Part shown: in pieces, positions 39,181 to 47,645 of the stretch
How positions within the stretch are numbered: position 1 is the first letter of the stretch
How the letters are laid out: the number at the start of each line of letters is the position of its first letter
Origin: Candidatus Omnitrophota bacterium
GTDB lineage: Bacteria; Omnitrophota; Gorgyraeia; JABMRG01; JAFGKX01
Length of the DNA: 64,000 nucleotides
Direction of reading: 5' to 3'
NCBI GenBank assembly: GCA_043797125.1
Contig: JAZDPX010000045.1
Span: 72,338 to 136,337, forward strand
Position numbers and translations under genes: made by a program
The notes under the pieces: generated by a model
Databases searched by the model: none
What the model was told of the DNA's origin: nothing
Seen by the model: only the letters and a program-made list of their open reading frames with translations

Positions 39181-39293
39181 TTGACTTTTTTTCTTTATTT
39201 TATATAATAGTAACACTAGCACAGGGGACACCCTGCGGCACAAAAAATTTCTTGCACAAAAACAGCAGATTTTTTGTGCTGCAGAGTGTCCCC
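39181..39293 (+). promoter_or_regulatory. ndk promoter (TTGACT-16-TATAAT) followed by a ~25-bp-arm inverted repeat in the 5' leader
   Basis: The -35 is at 39181-39186 and the -10 at 39203-39208. The inverted-repeat arms are 39224-39248 (ggggacaccctgcggcacaaaaaat) and 39269-39293 (attttttgtgctgcagagtgtcccc). Confidence 0.45.
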
Positions 39294-39309
39294 ATCTGGG
39301 AGTTTTAAC

Positions 39310-39810
39310 ATGAACGAACCGACATTAATTTTAATAAAACCGGACGGCCTGGTAAAGTCCCTCACAGGTAATATATTGACCCGCCTATCAGAAACAAAGC
39401 TGGAGATAGTCGCAGCAAAAATTACCAGCGTTACGGATGAGCTTGCCCGCGAGCACTATAAGCACATGCAGGATAAGCCCTTTTTCGGCGAGCTTATTCA
39501 ATATCTTAAAGGAGAACTGCACAACAGGCGCAAGGTGTTGGCAATGGTGTATTACGGCGAGGGAGCGCTTGAAAAAGTGCGCGCCATAGCAGGGGCGACA
39601 AACCCCGAAGAGGCAGACTCGGTAAGCATAAGAGGCCAGTACGGCAGGATAACCACTAAAGGCATTTATGAAAACGTGATTCACGCCTCAAGCAATGCCC
39701 ATGAAGCGGAACGGGAGATCAAGCTTTGGTTTAACCCCCACGAGATAATAGTAGACCTTTATGCCACAAAAGTAACCTCGCGGGAAACCAAGGAAAGGGT
39801 GTGGAAATAA
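39310..39810 (+). CDS. ndk: nucleoside diphosphate kinase
   Basis: N-terminal ILIKPDG motif and NVIHASSN... core. The track ORF starts earlier; the ATG at 39310 follows the leader hairpin. Confidence 0.85.
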   Translation: MNEPTLILIKPDGLVKSLTGNILTRLSETKLEIVAAKITSVTDELAREHYKHMQDKPFFGELIQYLKGELHNRRKVLAMVYYGEGALEKVRAIAGATNPEEADSVSIRGQYGRITTKGIYENVIHASSNAHEAEREIKLWFNPHEIIVDLYATKVTSRETKERVWK

Positions 39811-40691
39811 TGCTGCGAAGCATGACCGGGTTTGGAAAAAGCGAAGCGGAAAACTCAAAAGCCAGAATCTACATAGAGATAAAAGCGGTAAACCACAAAT
39901 ATTTTGACTTAATGAACAAGCTCCCGCTTGGGTTTCTTTCTTTTGAGGACGGCATTAAAACAGCCCTGCAAAAGCACATAAGCCGCGGCAGGATAAACCT
40001 GTTTCTGGACTACGAAGACTTAAGCGGTAAAAACTCAAGCGCCCAAATAAACATGAAAACCGCCCGCAGGTATACGAAACTCTTAAAGGGCGTAAAAACC
40101 TCTCTTGGCCTCTCGGATGAGGTTACGCTGCAGCAGCTTATGTCGATGCCCGGGGTGCTGACTTATGGTTCCGGGAAACCGGACGCAAAACAGCTGTGGC
40201 CCCTTATAAAAAAAGTGCTGGATGATGCGGTAAAACAGCTTTTGGCGTCTAAGGAAGAGGAGGGCAAGGCGCTAAGAAAGCAGTTGGCCGGCATTTGTGA
40301 AAAAATTGAGGGCTCGCTTAAGATAATAAAACACCATTCCGCCGGGAGAAAAAAGGAACATAAAAAGAAACTGACAGCCATGATAAAAGGCGCTACAAAA
40401 TCTGACAGGATAATTAACAGGCAGAAGCTGGAAGAAGAGGTGGCTATTTTTGCCAGGAACTCCGACATTGCCGAAGAGACATGCAGGATAGACGCGCACA
40501 CAAAGGCCTTTAAAAGAGTGTTGTTTAATCATAAAGAAGTAGGCAGGCGGCTGGATTTTATCGCGCAGGAGATTTCCCGCGAAGCGAACACGATAGGCGC
40601 AAAGGCCAACAACGTTCAAATAGCAGGGGAAGTTATAAAAATAAAAAGCCACATAGAGAAGATAAGAGAACAGACGCAGAATGTCGAATAG
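39801..40691 (+). CDS. yicC: YicC-family stress-induced protein
   Basis: 296-aa ORF with YicC N- and C-terminal regions. Conserved yicC-gmk-rpoZ-coaBC synteny. Confidence 0.8.
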   Translation: MEIMLRSMTGFGKSEAENSKARIYIEIKAVNHKYFDLMNKLPLGFLSFEDGIKTALQKHISRGRINLFLDYEDLSGKNSSAQINMKTARRYTKLLKGVKTSLGLSDEVTLQQLMSMPGVLTYGSGKPDAKQLWPLIKKVLDDAVKQLLASKEEEGKALRKQLAGICEKIEGSLKIIKHHSAGRKKEHKKKLTAMIKGATKSDRIINRQKLEEEVAIFARNSDIAEETCRIDAHTKAFKRVLFNHKEVGRRLDFIAQEISREANTIGAKANNVQIAGEVIKIKSHIEKIREQTQNVE

Positions 40692-41286
40692 CAAAAAAAG
40701 AGGAAGGGTTTTTGTAATATCGGCCCCCTCAGGTTGCGGCAAGACAACTCTTTGCAACAGGCTGCGCAAAAGCGTACGACAGCTTTTACGTTCCGTGTCT
40801 TACACTACGCGCCCCCCAAGAAAAGGCGAACAAAGCGGCGTTGACTATAACTTTGTTTCCGCCAAACAGTTTAAAACGCTGTTAAAAGGGGGCAAATTTG
40901 TTGAGAGCGCCAGAGTCTTCGGCAGGCTTTACGGCACACCAGTCGGTCAGATTAAACAGGCGATAGCAGGACAAAAAGATATTTTGCTAAGCATAGACGT
41001 AAAAGGCGCGATGCAGATAAAAAGGCTTTTTGGTGAAAGAAGCGCGCTCATTTTTATATTGCCGCCGTCGGTGTCCGCGTTAAAAACGAGGCTTATGAAA
41101 AGGCACGCGGACTCAAAAAATGAGATCGAAAAAAGATTAAGAATAGCAAAAAAGGAAATGTCATATTTAAATAAATATGATTATGCTGTTGTAAACAATA
41201 AATTAAGCGAAGCCGTTGCGCAGCTTAAGGCAATTATAACAACGGAAAGGTTAAAAACAGGTAAAGACCATGTCAATAGTTACTAA
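40681..41286 (+). CDS. gmk: guanylate kinase
   Basis: P-loop GPSGCGKTT and SYTTRPPR motifs. Confidence 0.9.
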   Translation: MSNSKKRGRVFVISAPSGCGKTTLCNRLRKSVRQLLRSVSYTTRPPRKGEQSGVDYNFVSAKQFKTLLKGGKFVESARVFGRLYGTPVGQIKQAIAGQKDILLSIDVKGAMQIKRLFGERSALIFILPPSVSALKTRLMKRHADSKNEIEKRLRIAKKEMSYLNKYDYAVVNNKLSEAVAQLKAIITTERLKTGKDHVNSY

Positions 41287-41470
41287 ACAGGATTTGCTGG
41301 AAAGAGTGCCTTGTGTTTTCAAGCTGGTTGTCCTCGCGTCGCGAAGAGCCTTTGATATAAATGCCGGCGCGCCGACATTTATACATGAACTAAACGCAAA
41401 GGCTACGCACATTGCGCTCGAAGAAATCAAGGCCGGCAAGATTACATACAAAGAGATAATAGGCAAATGA
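41270..41470 (+). CDS. rpoZ: RNA polymerase omega subunit
   Basis: 66-aa ORF with RpoZ-like sequence in the expected position after gmk. Confidence 0.75.
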   Translation: MSIVTKQDLLERVPCVFKLVVLASRRAFDINAGAPTFIHELNAKATHIALEEIKAGKITYKEIIGK

Positions 41471-42015
41471 AGACGCAAAAGACGATATTGCTCGGCGTAA
41501 CAGCCAGCATAGCGGCATACAAGGCGTGCGAGATAATTAACCGGTTAAAACAGGCCGGTTTTAATGTAATAGCGTGCGTTACAAAAGACGCGCTGCATTT
41601 TATCACCCCGCTCACGCTGCAGGCGCTTTCAGGCAACAGGGTCTTTTGCGACATGTTTGAGCAGGTTGCGGAATGCAACCCCGCGCATATAAGCCTGGCC
41701 AAAAGAGCGGACCTTGTTTTAATAGCCCCGGCCACAGCGGATTGCATATCTAAAATGGCGTCGGGCATTTGCGATGATATATTAACCTGCGCGGTGGTTT
41801 CTACCAAGGCCCCGGTTTTAATAGCGCCCGCGATGAATGAGAATATGTACAAAAACAAGATTATACAGGCTAATATCGAAAAACTAAAACAGGCAGGCTT
41901 TCAATTTGTCGGGCCAAAAAAGGGGAGGCTTGCCTGTGGCGAATGGGGCGTGGGCCACATTGCGGATGTTTCCGAGATAATCAAGGAAACAAAAAAGATA
42001 TGCGCATTCTCATAA
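41467..42015 (+). CDS. coaC: phosphopantothenoylcysteine decarboxylase (flavoprotein; CoaC domain)
   Basis: Flavoprotein fold motifs (GVTASIAAYKA, PAMNENMY). Ends 16 nt after the start of the CoaB-domain ORF, in a different frame, next to an A6 run at 41991-41996. Confidence 0.8.
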   Translation: MKTQKTILLGVTASIAAYKACEIINRLKQAGFNVIACVTKDALHFITPLTLQALSGNRVFCDMFEQVAECNPAHISLAKRADLVLIAPATADCISKMASGICDDILTCAVVSTKAPVLIAPAMNENMYKNKIIQANIEKLKQAGFQFVGPKKGRLACGEWGVGHIADVSEIIKETKKICAFS

Positions 42016-42746
42016 CAGCAGGCCCCACCAGGGAATTTATTGACCCAGTGAGATATATCTCAAATTTATCGACGGGCAACATGGGGTACGCGATAGCAAG
42101 GCGCGCTAAAAACAAAAAGCATAAAGTTACCCTTGTGTCAGGCCCGGTTGGCCTTAAGCCACCGGAAGGTATCAGGGTTATCGAATGCGTTAGCGCAAAC
42201 GATATGTTCAGGGCGGTAAAAAAGGAATTTAAAAAAACAGATTGTCTGGTTATGTCCGCCGCGGTCAGCGATTTCAGGCCAGAGATAAAGCATAAAGAAA
42301 AGATAAAAAAGCAGAAGCCCCCCAACGGCAGAAAATTGGCGTTGGTGCAGACCCCAGACATACTCGCGTGGGCGGGCAAAAACAAGGCCGACAAAACAAT
42401 AGTCGGTTTTTGCTTAGAGACAAGCTCTTTGACGCAAAACGCGAAAAGAAAACTAGAGGAAAAAAACGCGGATATAATAGTAGCGAACCAAATAGATAAA
42501 AATTTTTCCGCATTTGGTTTCGGCAAGACAAAGGTTTTGGTAATTGGAAAAGGCGGCAGCGTCGAGAAAATCGGCCCTAGCACGAAAGAAAAAATAGCAG
42601 AAATTCTGCTCGAGAGAATAGAAAAACTTTGGCATAACGGCCGTTTCGCGGAGGCAAAGGTCCCTCACCCCGAAGCGCCGGGGTCCGGGACAAATTTTCC
42701 GAAAAATAAAGCCGTAGAAAATTTGGCGGCGTACCCAAGAGGCTAA
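42000..42746 (+). CDS. coaB: phosphopantothenate--cysteine ligase (CoaB domain)
   Basis: MRILITAGPTREFIDPVRYISNLSTGNMG matches the CoaB N-terminus. The 3' end reads into tRNA-Cys. One extra A in the A6 run would fuse it to coaC as a canonical CoaBC. Confidence 0.8.
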   Translation: MRILITAGPTREFIDPVRYISNLSTGNMGYAIARRAKNKKHKVTLVSGPVGLKPPEGIRVIECVSANDMFRAVKKEFKKTDCLVMSAAVSDFRPEIKHKEKIKKQKPPNGRKLALVQTPDILAWAGKNKADKTIVGFCLETSSLTQNAKRKLEEKNADIIVANQIDKNFSAFGFGKTKVLVIGKGGSVEKIGPSTKEKIAEILLERIEKLWHNGRFAEAKVPHPEAPGSGTNFPKNKAVENLAAYPRG

Positions 42747-42800
42747 GGGAAGAGTCTGCAAAACTCTGATGCAGCGGTTCGACTCCGCTCGCCGCCTCCA
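42725..42800 (+). tRNA. tRNA-Cys (anticodon GCA)
   Basis: GGCGGCGTACCCAAGAGGCTAAGGGAAGAGTCTGCAAAACTCTGATGCAGCGGTTCGACTCCGCTCGCCGCCTCCA. Anticodon loop CUGCAAA, U73 discriminator, encoded CCA. Confidence 0.8.
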
Positions 42801-42947
42801 GTTTTGCCCTAGCCAACATTAGGCAAAACTGCCCGAGGAGCCCCGAAGCACCGGGATGACGAGAGACAATGAGGAACACAAACATTAAGCCCCTCCGGCG
42901 CTCCCATAAAGTCGTGCCGTCGGGACAAAGTTTACTTCGTAAACTTT

Positions 42948-43024
42948 GGGCGGTTAGCTCAGTTGGTTAGAGTGCTTCCTTGACATGGAAGAGGTCACAG
43001 GTTCGAGCCCTGTACCGCCCACCA
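42948..43024 (+). tRNA. tRNA-Val (anticodon GAC)
   Basis: GGGCGGTTAGCTCAGTTGGTTAGAGTGCTTCCTTGACATGGAAGAGGTCACAGGTTCGAGCCCTGTACCGCCCACCA. Clean cloverleaf with A73 and encoded CCA. Confidence 0.9.
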
Positions 43025-43066
43025 GCTTGCACGAGCGTGGGTGCAGGCAAACTGTCCCGAGGAACG

Positions 43067-43086
43067 CCTGCCTGCCGGCAGGCAGG
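43067..43086. repeat. 20-bp perfect palindrome CCTGCCTGCCGGCAGGCAGG (REP-like family, copy 1), nested in a longer hairpin tgtccc...gggaca
   Basis: Same 20-mer at 46836-46855 and 53928-53947; degenerate copy at 53975-53994. Confidence 0.8.
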
Positions 43087-43099
43087 AAGCGACGAGGGA

Positions 43100-43393
43100 C
43101 ATTCATCAGTGGATATTAAACATTATTTCTACATAGCAAGATGCAACGATGGCTCTTTATATTCCGGCGCAACCAAAAACGTAGAAGCAAGAATTAATAG
43201 GCACAATCAAGGCAAGGGCGGTAAATACACTCGTGGCCGGAAACCCATAACGTTGGTTTACAAGGAAGAATTTAGCAGTTTGTTATTAGCGCGCAGGCGC
43301 GAAAGCGAAGTAAAGAGTTGGGGGCGTAAGAAGAAGGAAGAGCTTATTGAGGCGGCAGGTTTCCCTCGGCCTATGGCCTCGGGACTAATGTAG
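43100..43393 (+). CDS. small GIY-YIG nuclease-family protein (UPF0213/YhbQ-like); GTG start
   Basis: VDIKHYFYIARCNDGSLYSGATKNVEARINRHNQGKGGKYTRGRKPITLVY... matches GIY-YIG (YIG, YTRGRRP-like). The track ORF start at 42980 runs through tRNA-Val and is not credible. Confidence 0.7.
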   Translation, partial: HSSVDIKHYFYIARCNDGSLYSGATKNVEARINRHNQGKGGKYTRGRKPITLVYKEEFSSLLLARRRESEVKSWGRKKKEELIEAAGFPRPMASGLM

Positions 43394-43420
43394 CCTATAT
43401 AGAAGCAAAAGCTCCATTAG

Positions 43421-43441
43421 CGAGCCCTGTACCGCCCACCA
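43421..43441. repeat. 21-bp direct repeat of the tRNA-Val 3' end (CGAGCCCTGTACCGCCCACCA); att-like duplication bounding the GIY-YIG insert
   Basis: Identical to 43004-43024. Confidence 0.85.
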
Positions 43442-43492
43442 TCCGCCTTCGTGTATTGGGCTAGGTTCGTAGTAGATAGCCTTCGGCGGATT
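43442..43492. mobile_element. second copy of the MITE-like ~52-nt element (ATCCGCC...GGCGGAT), followed by ~130 nt with further inverted repeats (ttcgtagtagata / tatctactacgaa)
   Basis: Near-identical to 29374-29425, with one G/C difference. Confidence 0.6.
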
Positions 43493-43625
43493 TTAATCCG
43501 CCGCATGTTATCTGCTATGAACCGCAGAAGCAAAGTAGGCGGATGAGCCCGCCGTACGTTATCTACTACGAAGCTCAAAAGCCAGGAAGGCGGGCCAGAA
43601 AACAAAGCAGCTTTTTGCAGGGCGA

Positions 43626-44381
43626 GTGGTGAAATGGCAGACACGAAGGACTATTATGAAACGCGCTAGCGGCGATGAAACAAAATATAGCTTGCTATTT
43701 AAGAACAAACACTTTTGGTATTTAGTAGGCTTGGTTACCGCAGATGGTAGTTTGAGTAAAGACAAAAGGCATATAGATATTACCTCTAAAGATAAAAAGT
43801 ATTTAGAAGACTTGAAAACGTGTTTTAATTTAGATAATCGTGTTGCTATGAAGAACAAAAATAAGAAAAACGTAGCATACCGCATCCAACTAGGCAGTAA
43901 GCTCCTGTGGAACTTTTTATATTGTATAGGCTTAATGCCAAGAAAGACACACGAACTGATGTCGGTTAATGTCCCGGCAACCAAATTTAGAGATTTTTTG
44001 CGAGGGTTTATTGATGGCGACGGCAATATCCAGAGCTGGATAAATAATAGAAACGGGCACAGGCAATGGTCCTTAAGAATGAAAATTCTATCAGGCGCTT
44101 TTGCCAAATGGCTTTGTAAAGCAACAGAATATTATGTAGGAGCCAAAGGCCGCTTGCATCTTGAGAGCAAAGAAAACAGGCAAGACATATATGTGTTGAA
44201 GTTTGGCAAGCTTTCTGCGAGGCACATACTTAAAAGATGTTATTATAAAGGCGCTTTCGCATATTACAGAAAACGTAGCCTTGCGCTGCAATGTTTATCT
44301 AGCGAAACAGGTTGGTCAACGCATAGCAGCGTTTTAACAAAAGCGCCGGGATGCTGGAATTGGCATACAGTGCAGACTTAA
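43626..44381 (+). CDS. LAGLIDADG-family homing-endonuclease-like protein (two LAGLIDADG motifs)
   Basis: YLVGLVTADGSL and FLRGFIDGDGNI motifs. Alternative start at 43656. The ORF reads into tRNA-Leu and its TAA stop is the tRNA anticodon. Confidence 0.65.
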   Translation: MVKWQTRRTIMKRASGDETKYSLLFKNKHFWYLVGLVTADGSLSKDKRHIDITSKDKKYLEDLKTCFNLDNRVAMKNKNKKNVAYRIQLGSKLLWNFLYCIGLMPRKTHELMSVNVPATKFRDFLRGFIDGDGNIQSWINNRNGHRQWSLRMKILSGAFAKWLCKATEYYVGAKGRLHLESKENRQDIYVLKFGKLSARHILKRCYYKGAFAYYRKRSLALQCLSSETGWSTHSSVLTKAPGCWNWHTVQT

Positions 44382-44433
44382 AATCTGCTGGAGCTTAGTC
44401 TCCGTGTGGGTTCAAGTCCCACTCCCGGCACCA
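44345..44433 (+). tRNA. tRNA-Leu (anticodon UAA), long variable arm
   Basis: GCCGGGATGCTGGAATTGGCATACAGTGCAGACTTAAAATCTGCTGGAGCTTAGTCTCCGTGTGGGTTCAAGTCCCACTCCCGGCACCA. Anticodon stem gcaga/tctgc, loop CUUAAAA. Confidence 0.8.
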
Positions 44434-44594
44434 TGTACCACTTGCGTTTGCCTGTAGGTGGTACATGCCCCATACCGGAGCAAAAACGAAGTTTTTGCGA
44501 CTGGTATAGGGCAAACGCTCGGGTACATGGCACGCCATTTAATTTTTGTTAGGGTTCGTGGCGCGGCCACGCAAGTTTTAGAGAAGGATATATT

Positions 44595-46307
44595 ATGGAT
44601 CTCGAAACATTAAGACATAGCACGTCGCACGTACTGGCGCAGGCGGTGAAACAACTTTGGCCGGGCACAAAACTTGGCATAGGCCCTGCTATTGAAAACG
44701 GTTTTTATTATGATTTTGATAAAAAAGAGCCGTTTGTCCCGGAAGATTTGGAAAAAATAGAAAACCAGATGCGCAAAGTAATAAAAGAAGACCACAAATT
44801 TATAAGAAAAGAATTAAGCAAGCAGGATGCCATAAAACTTTTCAAGGGCATGGGCGAGAATTATAAGGGCGAGCTTATAAACGAAATTCCCGACGGGACA
44901 GTCAGTATTTACACAAGCGGAGATTTTACAGACCTTTGCCGCGGCCCGCACATTGAGTCGACGGGCAAGGTGAAAGCATTCGCGCTTACGCATATAGCGG
45001 GCGCTTATTGGCGCGGCAGCGAAAAAAACCAGATGCTGCAAAGAATATACGGCGCTGCCTTTGAAACCGAAAAAGAATTAAAACAACACCTTAACCTTAT
45101 AGAAGAGGCAAAGAAAAGGGATCATAGAAAAATCGGCAAGGAGCTAGGCTTTTTTATCGTCGACGAAGAAGCCGGCGCAGGAATAATAATATATAAGCCA
45201 AAAGGCGCAATGCTGCGCGACATAATAGAGACATGGGAGAAGAAAGAGCATTTACAGCGCGGCTACGAATTGGCCGTAGGCCCGCATATTCTTAAATCCG
45301 ATATATGGGTGCGCTCCGGCCATTACGATTATTATAAAGAGCACATGTACATATTTAATATTGAAGGCGCGGAATATGCGGTAAAGCCCATGAACTGTCC
45401 CGCGCACATACTTATATATAAATCGGAAACCAGAAGTTACCGCGATCTGCCCGTTAGGCTTTTTGAGCTGGGCACGGTATACAGGCACGAAAAAAGCGGC
45501 GTTCTGCACGGGCTTTTGAGGGCAAGGGGCTTTACTCAGGACGATGCCCACATATTTTGTTTGCCGTCGCAGGTTACAGAAGAGATAAAGGCGGTCATCG
45601 ATTTTGTGCTGTGCGCACTAAAGATATTCGGGTTTAATGATTATCAGGTTGAATTAAGCACCATGCCCGAAAAACACATAGGCGAAGACGCCGACTGGAA
45701 GCGCGCTACAGAAGCGCTCGAGGTTTCATTAAAAGAAAAAAATATCAAATATGATATTAATGAAGGAGACGGCGCATTTTACGGGCCAAAGATAGATATA
45801 AAATTAAAAGACGCGCTTGGCCGCGCGTGGCAATGCGCGACCATACAATGCGACTTTGCGCTTCCGGAAAGATTTGACCTTGCATATATTGATAAAGACG
45901 GCAACCAGCAGCGCCCAATAATGCTGCACAGGGTTATTCTCGGCAGCATGGAGAGGTTTATCGGCGCATTAATCGAACACTATGCCGGGGCGCTTCCTGT
46001 GTGGCTTTCACCGGAACAGGTGCTGGTTATGCCGATAACAGACAAGCAGGCGCAATACGCCGGCGCTGTGAACGAACAACTAAAACAGAACAATATCCGA
46101 AGCAGCGTAGATTTGCGCAACCAGACCATAGGATATAAAATAAGAGACGCGCAAAAAAAGAAAATACCTTACATGTTAATTATAGGAGAAAAAGAAAAGC
46201 TGGATAAAACCGTTTCTGTAAGAAGCCGCACAAACCCGGACGAAGGAAAATTTACAGTAGAGGATTTTATTAAAAAAATACAAAAGGAGGTGAATTCCTA
46301 TAAATAG
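44595..46307 (+). CDS. thrS: threonyl-tRNA synthetase (lacks N-terminal TGS domain)
   Basis: 570-aa ORF starting in the editing domain (RHSTSHVLAQAV), then class II core and anticodon-binding domain. Confidence 0.9.
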   Translation: MDLETLRHSTSHVLAQAVKQLWPGTKLGIGPAIENGFYYDFDKKEPFVPEDLEKIENQMRKVIKEDHKFIRKELSKQDAIKLFKGMGENYKGELINEIPDGTVSIYTSGDFTDLCRGPHIESTGKVKAFALTHIAGAYWRGSEKNQMLQRIYGAAFETEKELKQHLNLIEEAKKRDHRKIGKELGFFIVDEEAGAGIIIYKPKGAMLRDIIETWEKKEHLQRGYELAVGPHILKSDIWVRSGHYDYYKEHMYIFNIEGAEYAVKPMNCPAHILIYKSETRSYRDLPVRLFELGTVYRHEKSGVLHGLLRARGFTQDDAHIFCLPSQVTEEIKAVIDFVLCALKIFGFNDYQVELSTMPEKHIGEDADWKRATEALEVSLKEKNIKYDINEGDGAFYGPKIDIKLKDALGRAWQCATIQCDFALPERFDLAYIDKDGNQQRPIMLHRVILGSMERFIGALIEHYAGALPVWLSPEQVLVMPITDKQAQYAGAVNEQLKQNNIRSSVDLRNQTIGYKIRDAQKKKIPYMLIIGEKEKLDKTVSVRSRTNPDEGKFTVEDFIKKIQKEVNSYK

Positions 46308-46335
46308 AGACGCTAGGAAGACAAGGGTAAACCAA

Positions 46336-46815
46336 ATGATAAGGGTGCCGCAGATAAGAGTTATTGGCGCCGAAGGCGAACAGCTCGGCGTAATGCGCCC
46401 GGAAGAAGGACTAAGGCATGCGCAGGAGGCAGGCCTTGATTTGGTAGAAGTAGCGCCTTTAGCAAGCCCGCCTGTTTGCAGGATAATAGATTTCAGCAAA
46501 TACAAATACGACCAGGAGAAACAGGAAAAGGAGGCGCGCAAAAGGCAGCATGTAATAAAACTCAAAGAGATCAGGTTAAAGCCGGGCATAGAGGAGCACG
46601 ACTACAAGACCAAACTCGCTCATGCAAGAAAATTTTTAACAAAGGGCAACAAGGTAAAATGGTCGCTAATGTTCCGCGGCAGGGAGATGGCGCACACCGA
46701 GTTTGGACGCATTCTGCTTGATAGAATAATCCAGGACACAACCGATATAAGCGAAGTAGAAAGAGCTCCTCGTAAAGAGGGCCGGTTCATGTTCATGGTG
46801 TTGACGCCGAAATAA
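46336..46815 (+). CDS. infC: translation initiation factor IF-3
   Basis: IRVIGAEGEQLGVM...PVCRIIDF... An in-frame stop at 46315-46317 leaves ATG 46336 as the only start. Confidence 0.85.
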   Translation: MIRVPQIRVIGAEGEQLGVMRPEEGLRHAQEAGLDLVEVAPLASPPVCRIIDFSKYKYDQEKQEKEARKRQHVIKLKEIRLKPGIEEHDYKTKLAHARKFLTKGNKVKWSLMFRGREMAHTEFGRILLDRIIQDTTDISEVERAPRKEGRFMFMVLTPK

Positions 46816-46835
46816 ATGAAAAATTAAAAATTCAA

Positions 46836-46855
46836 CCTGCCTGCCGGCAGGCAGG
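46836..46855. repeat. REP-like palindrome CCTGCCTGCCGGCAGGCAGG (copy 2) within an AT-rich inverted-repeat spacer between infC and rpmI
   Basis: Exact 20-mer. Surrounding aaattcaaaat-type inverted repeats run from 46860 to 46950. Confidence 0.8.
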
Positions 46856-46968
46856 AATGTAAAATTGCAATTCAAAATTAAAAATTTGTACAATTTTGAA
46901 TTTTAAATTGTAATTTTGAATTTTTCATTTTACATTTTTAATTTATACGTCTGCACACAGGAGGAGTT

Positions 46969-47166
46969 ATGCCGAAACTTAAGACGAGGAAATCTATAGC
47001 GAAGAGGTTTAAGATAACGAAAACAGGAAAGGTCAAGTGCTCAAAGGCCTTCAAAGGCCACCTGCTTGGGCGAAAGAGCAGGAAGCGCAAAAGGGCGCTT
47101 TCAAGAGGCTCGGTTTTGAATAAAACAGACGCAAGGAAGATAAAGGCGATGTTGCCTTACGGATAG
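46969..47166 (+). CDS. rpmI: 50S ribosomal protein L35
   Basis: MPKLKTRKSIAKRFKITKTGKV... Confidence 0.9.
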   Translation: MPKLKTRKSIAKRFKITKTGKVKCSKAFKGHLLGRKSRKRKRALSRGSVLNKTDARKIKAMLPYG

Positions 47167-47182
47167 CGGATAGGAGCAAACA

Positions 47183-47542
47183 ATGGCAAAAGTAAAACAC
47201 GCAGTTGCAGCAAGAAGGCGCAGGAAAAAGGTATTTAAAAGAGCAAAAGGCTTTGTCGGCGGAAGGCGCAAGCTTTTACGCACAGCCAAGGAAACAATAA
47301 GGCGCGCAAAGGTCTACGCTTATAGGGACAGAAAAGTCAAAAAAAGAATGTTTAGAAGCCTCTGGATAGTGAGGATAAACGCAGCTTGCCGTGCGCACGG
47401 TATGAAATACTCGGAGTTTATCTCGGGGCTTAAAAAGGCAAATATTCTTTTGGATAGAAAGTCTTTGGCAGAGCTGGCGGTAAACAACAAAAGCGTATTT
47501 AATAAATTAGTAAGCACAGTAAAGGAAAATACTAAATCCTAA
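47183..47542 (+). CDS. rplT: 50S ribosomal protein L20
   Basis: [24 protein letters not shown]... Conserved infC-rpmI-rplT operon. Confidence 0.9.
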   Translation: MAKVKHAVAARRRRKKVFKRAKGFVGGRRKLLRTAKETIRRAKVYAYRDRKVKKRMFRSLWIVRINAACRAHGMKYSEFISGLKKANILLDRKSLAELAVNNKSVFNKLVSTVKENTKS

Positions 47543-47645
47543 ACACTAAACTCTAAACAAACATAAAACACAAAACCTAAAACCGCGGTTTAGAAAATTT
47601 GAGTTTTGGATTTGTTTATAATTTAGAGTTTATAATCAATAAATT

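Noticed and set aside
42980-43393. Track ORF start for the GIY-YIG gene at 42980
   Set aside because: The first 40 codons run through tRNA-Val and the REP palindrome. The conserved GIY-YIG sequence begins at the GTG at 43100.
43417-44107. Minus-strand ORFs 43417..43644 and 43559..44107
   Set aside because: Antisense to the MITE-like element and the LAGLIDADG gene. No motifs, basic and low-complexity.
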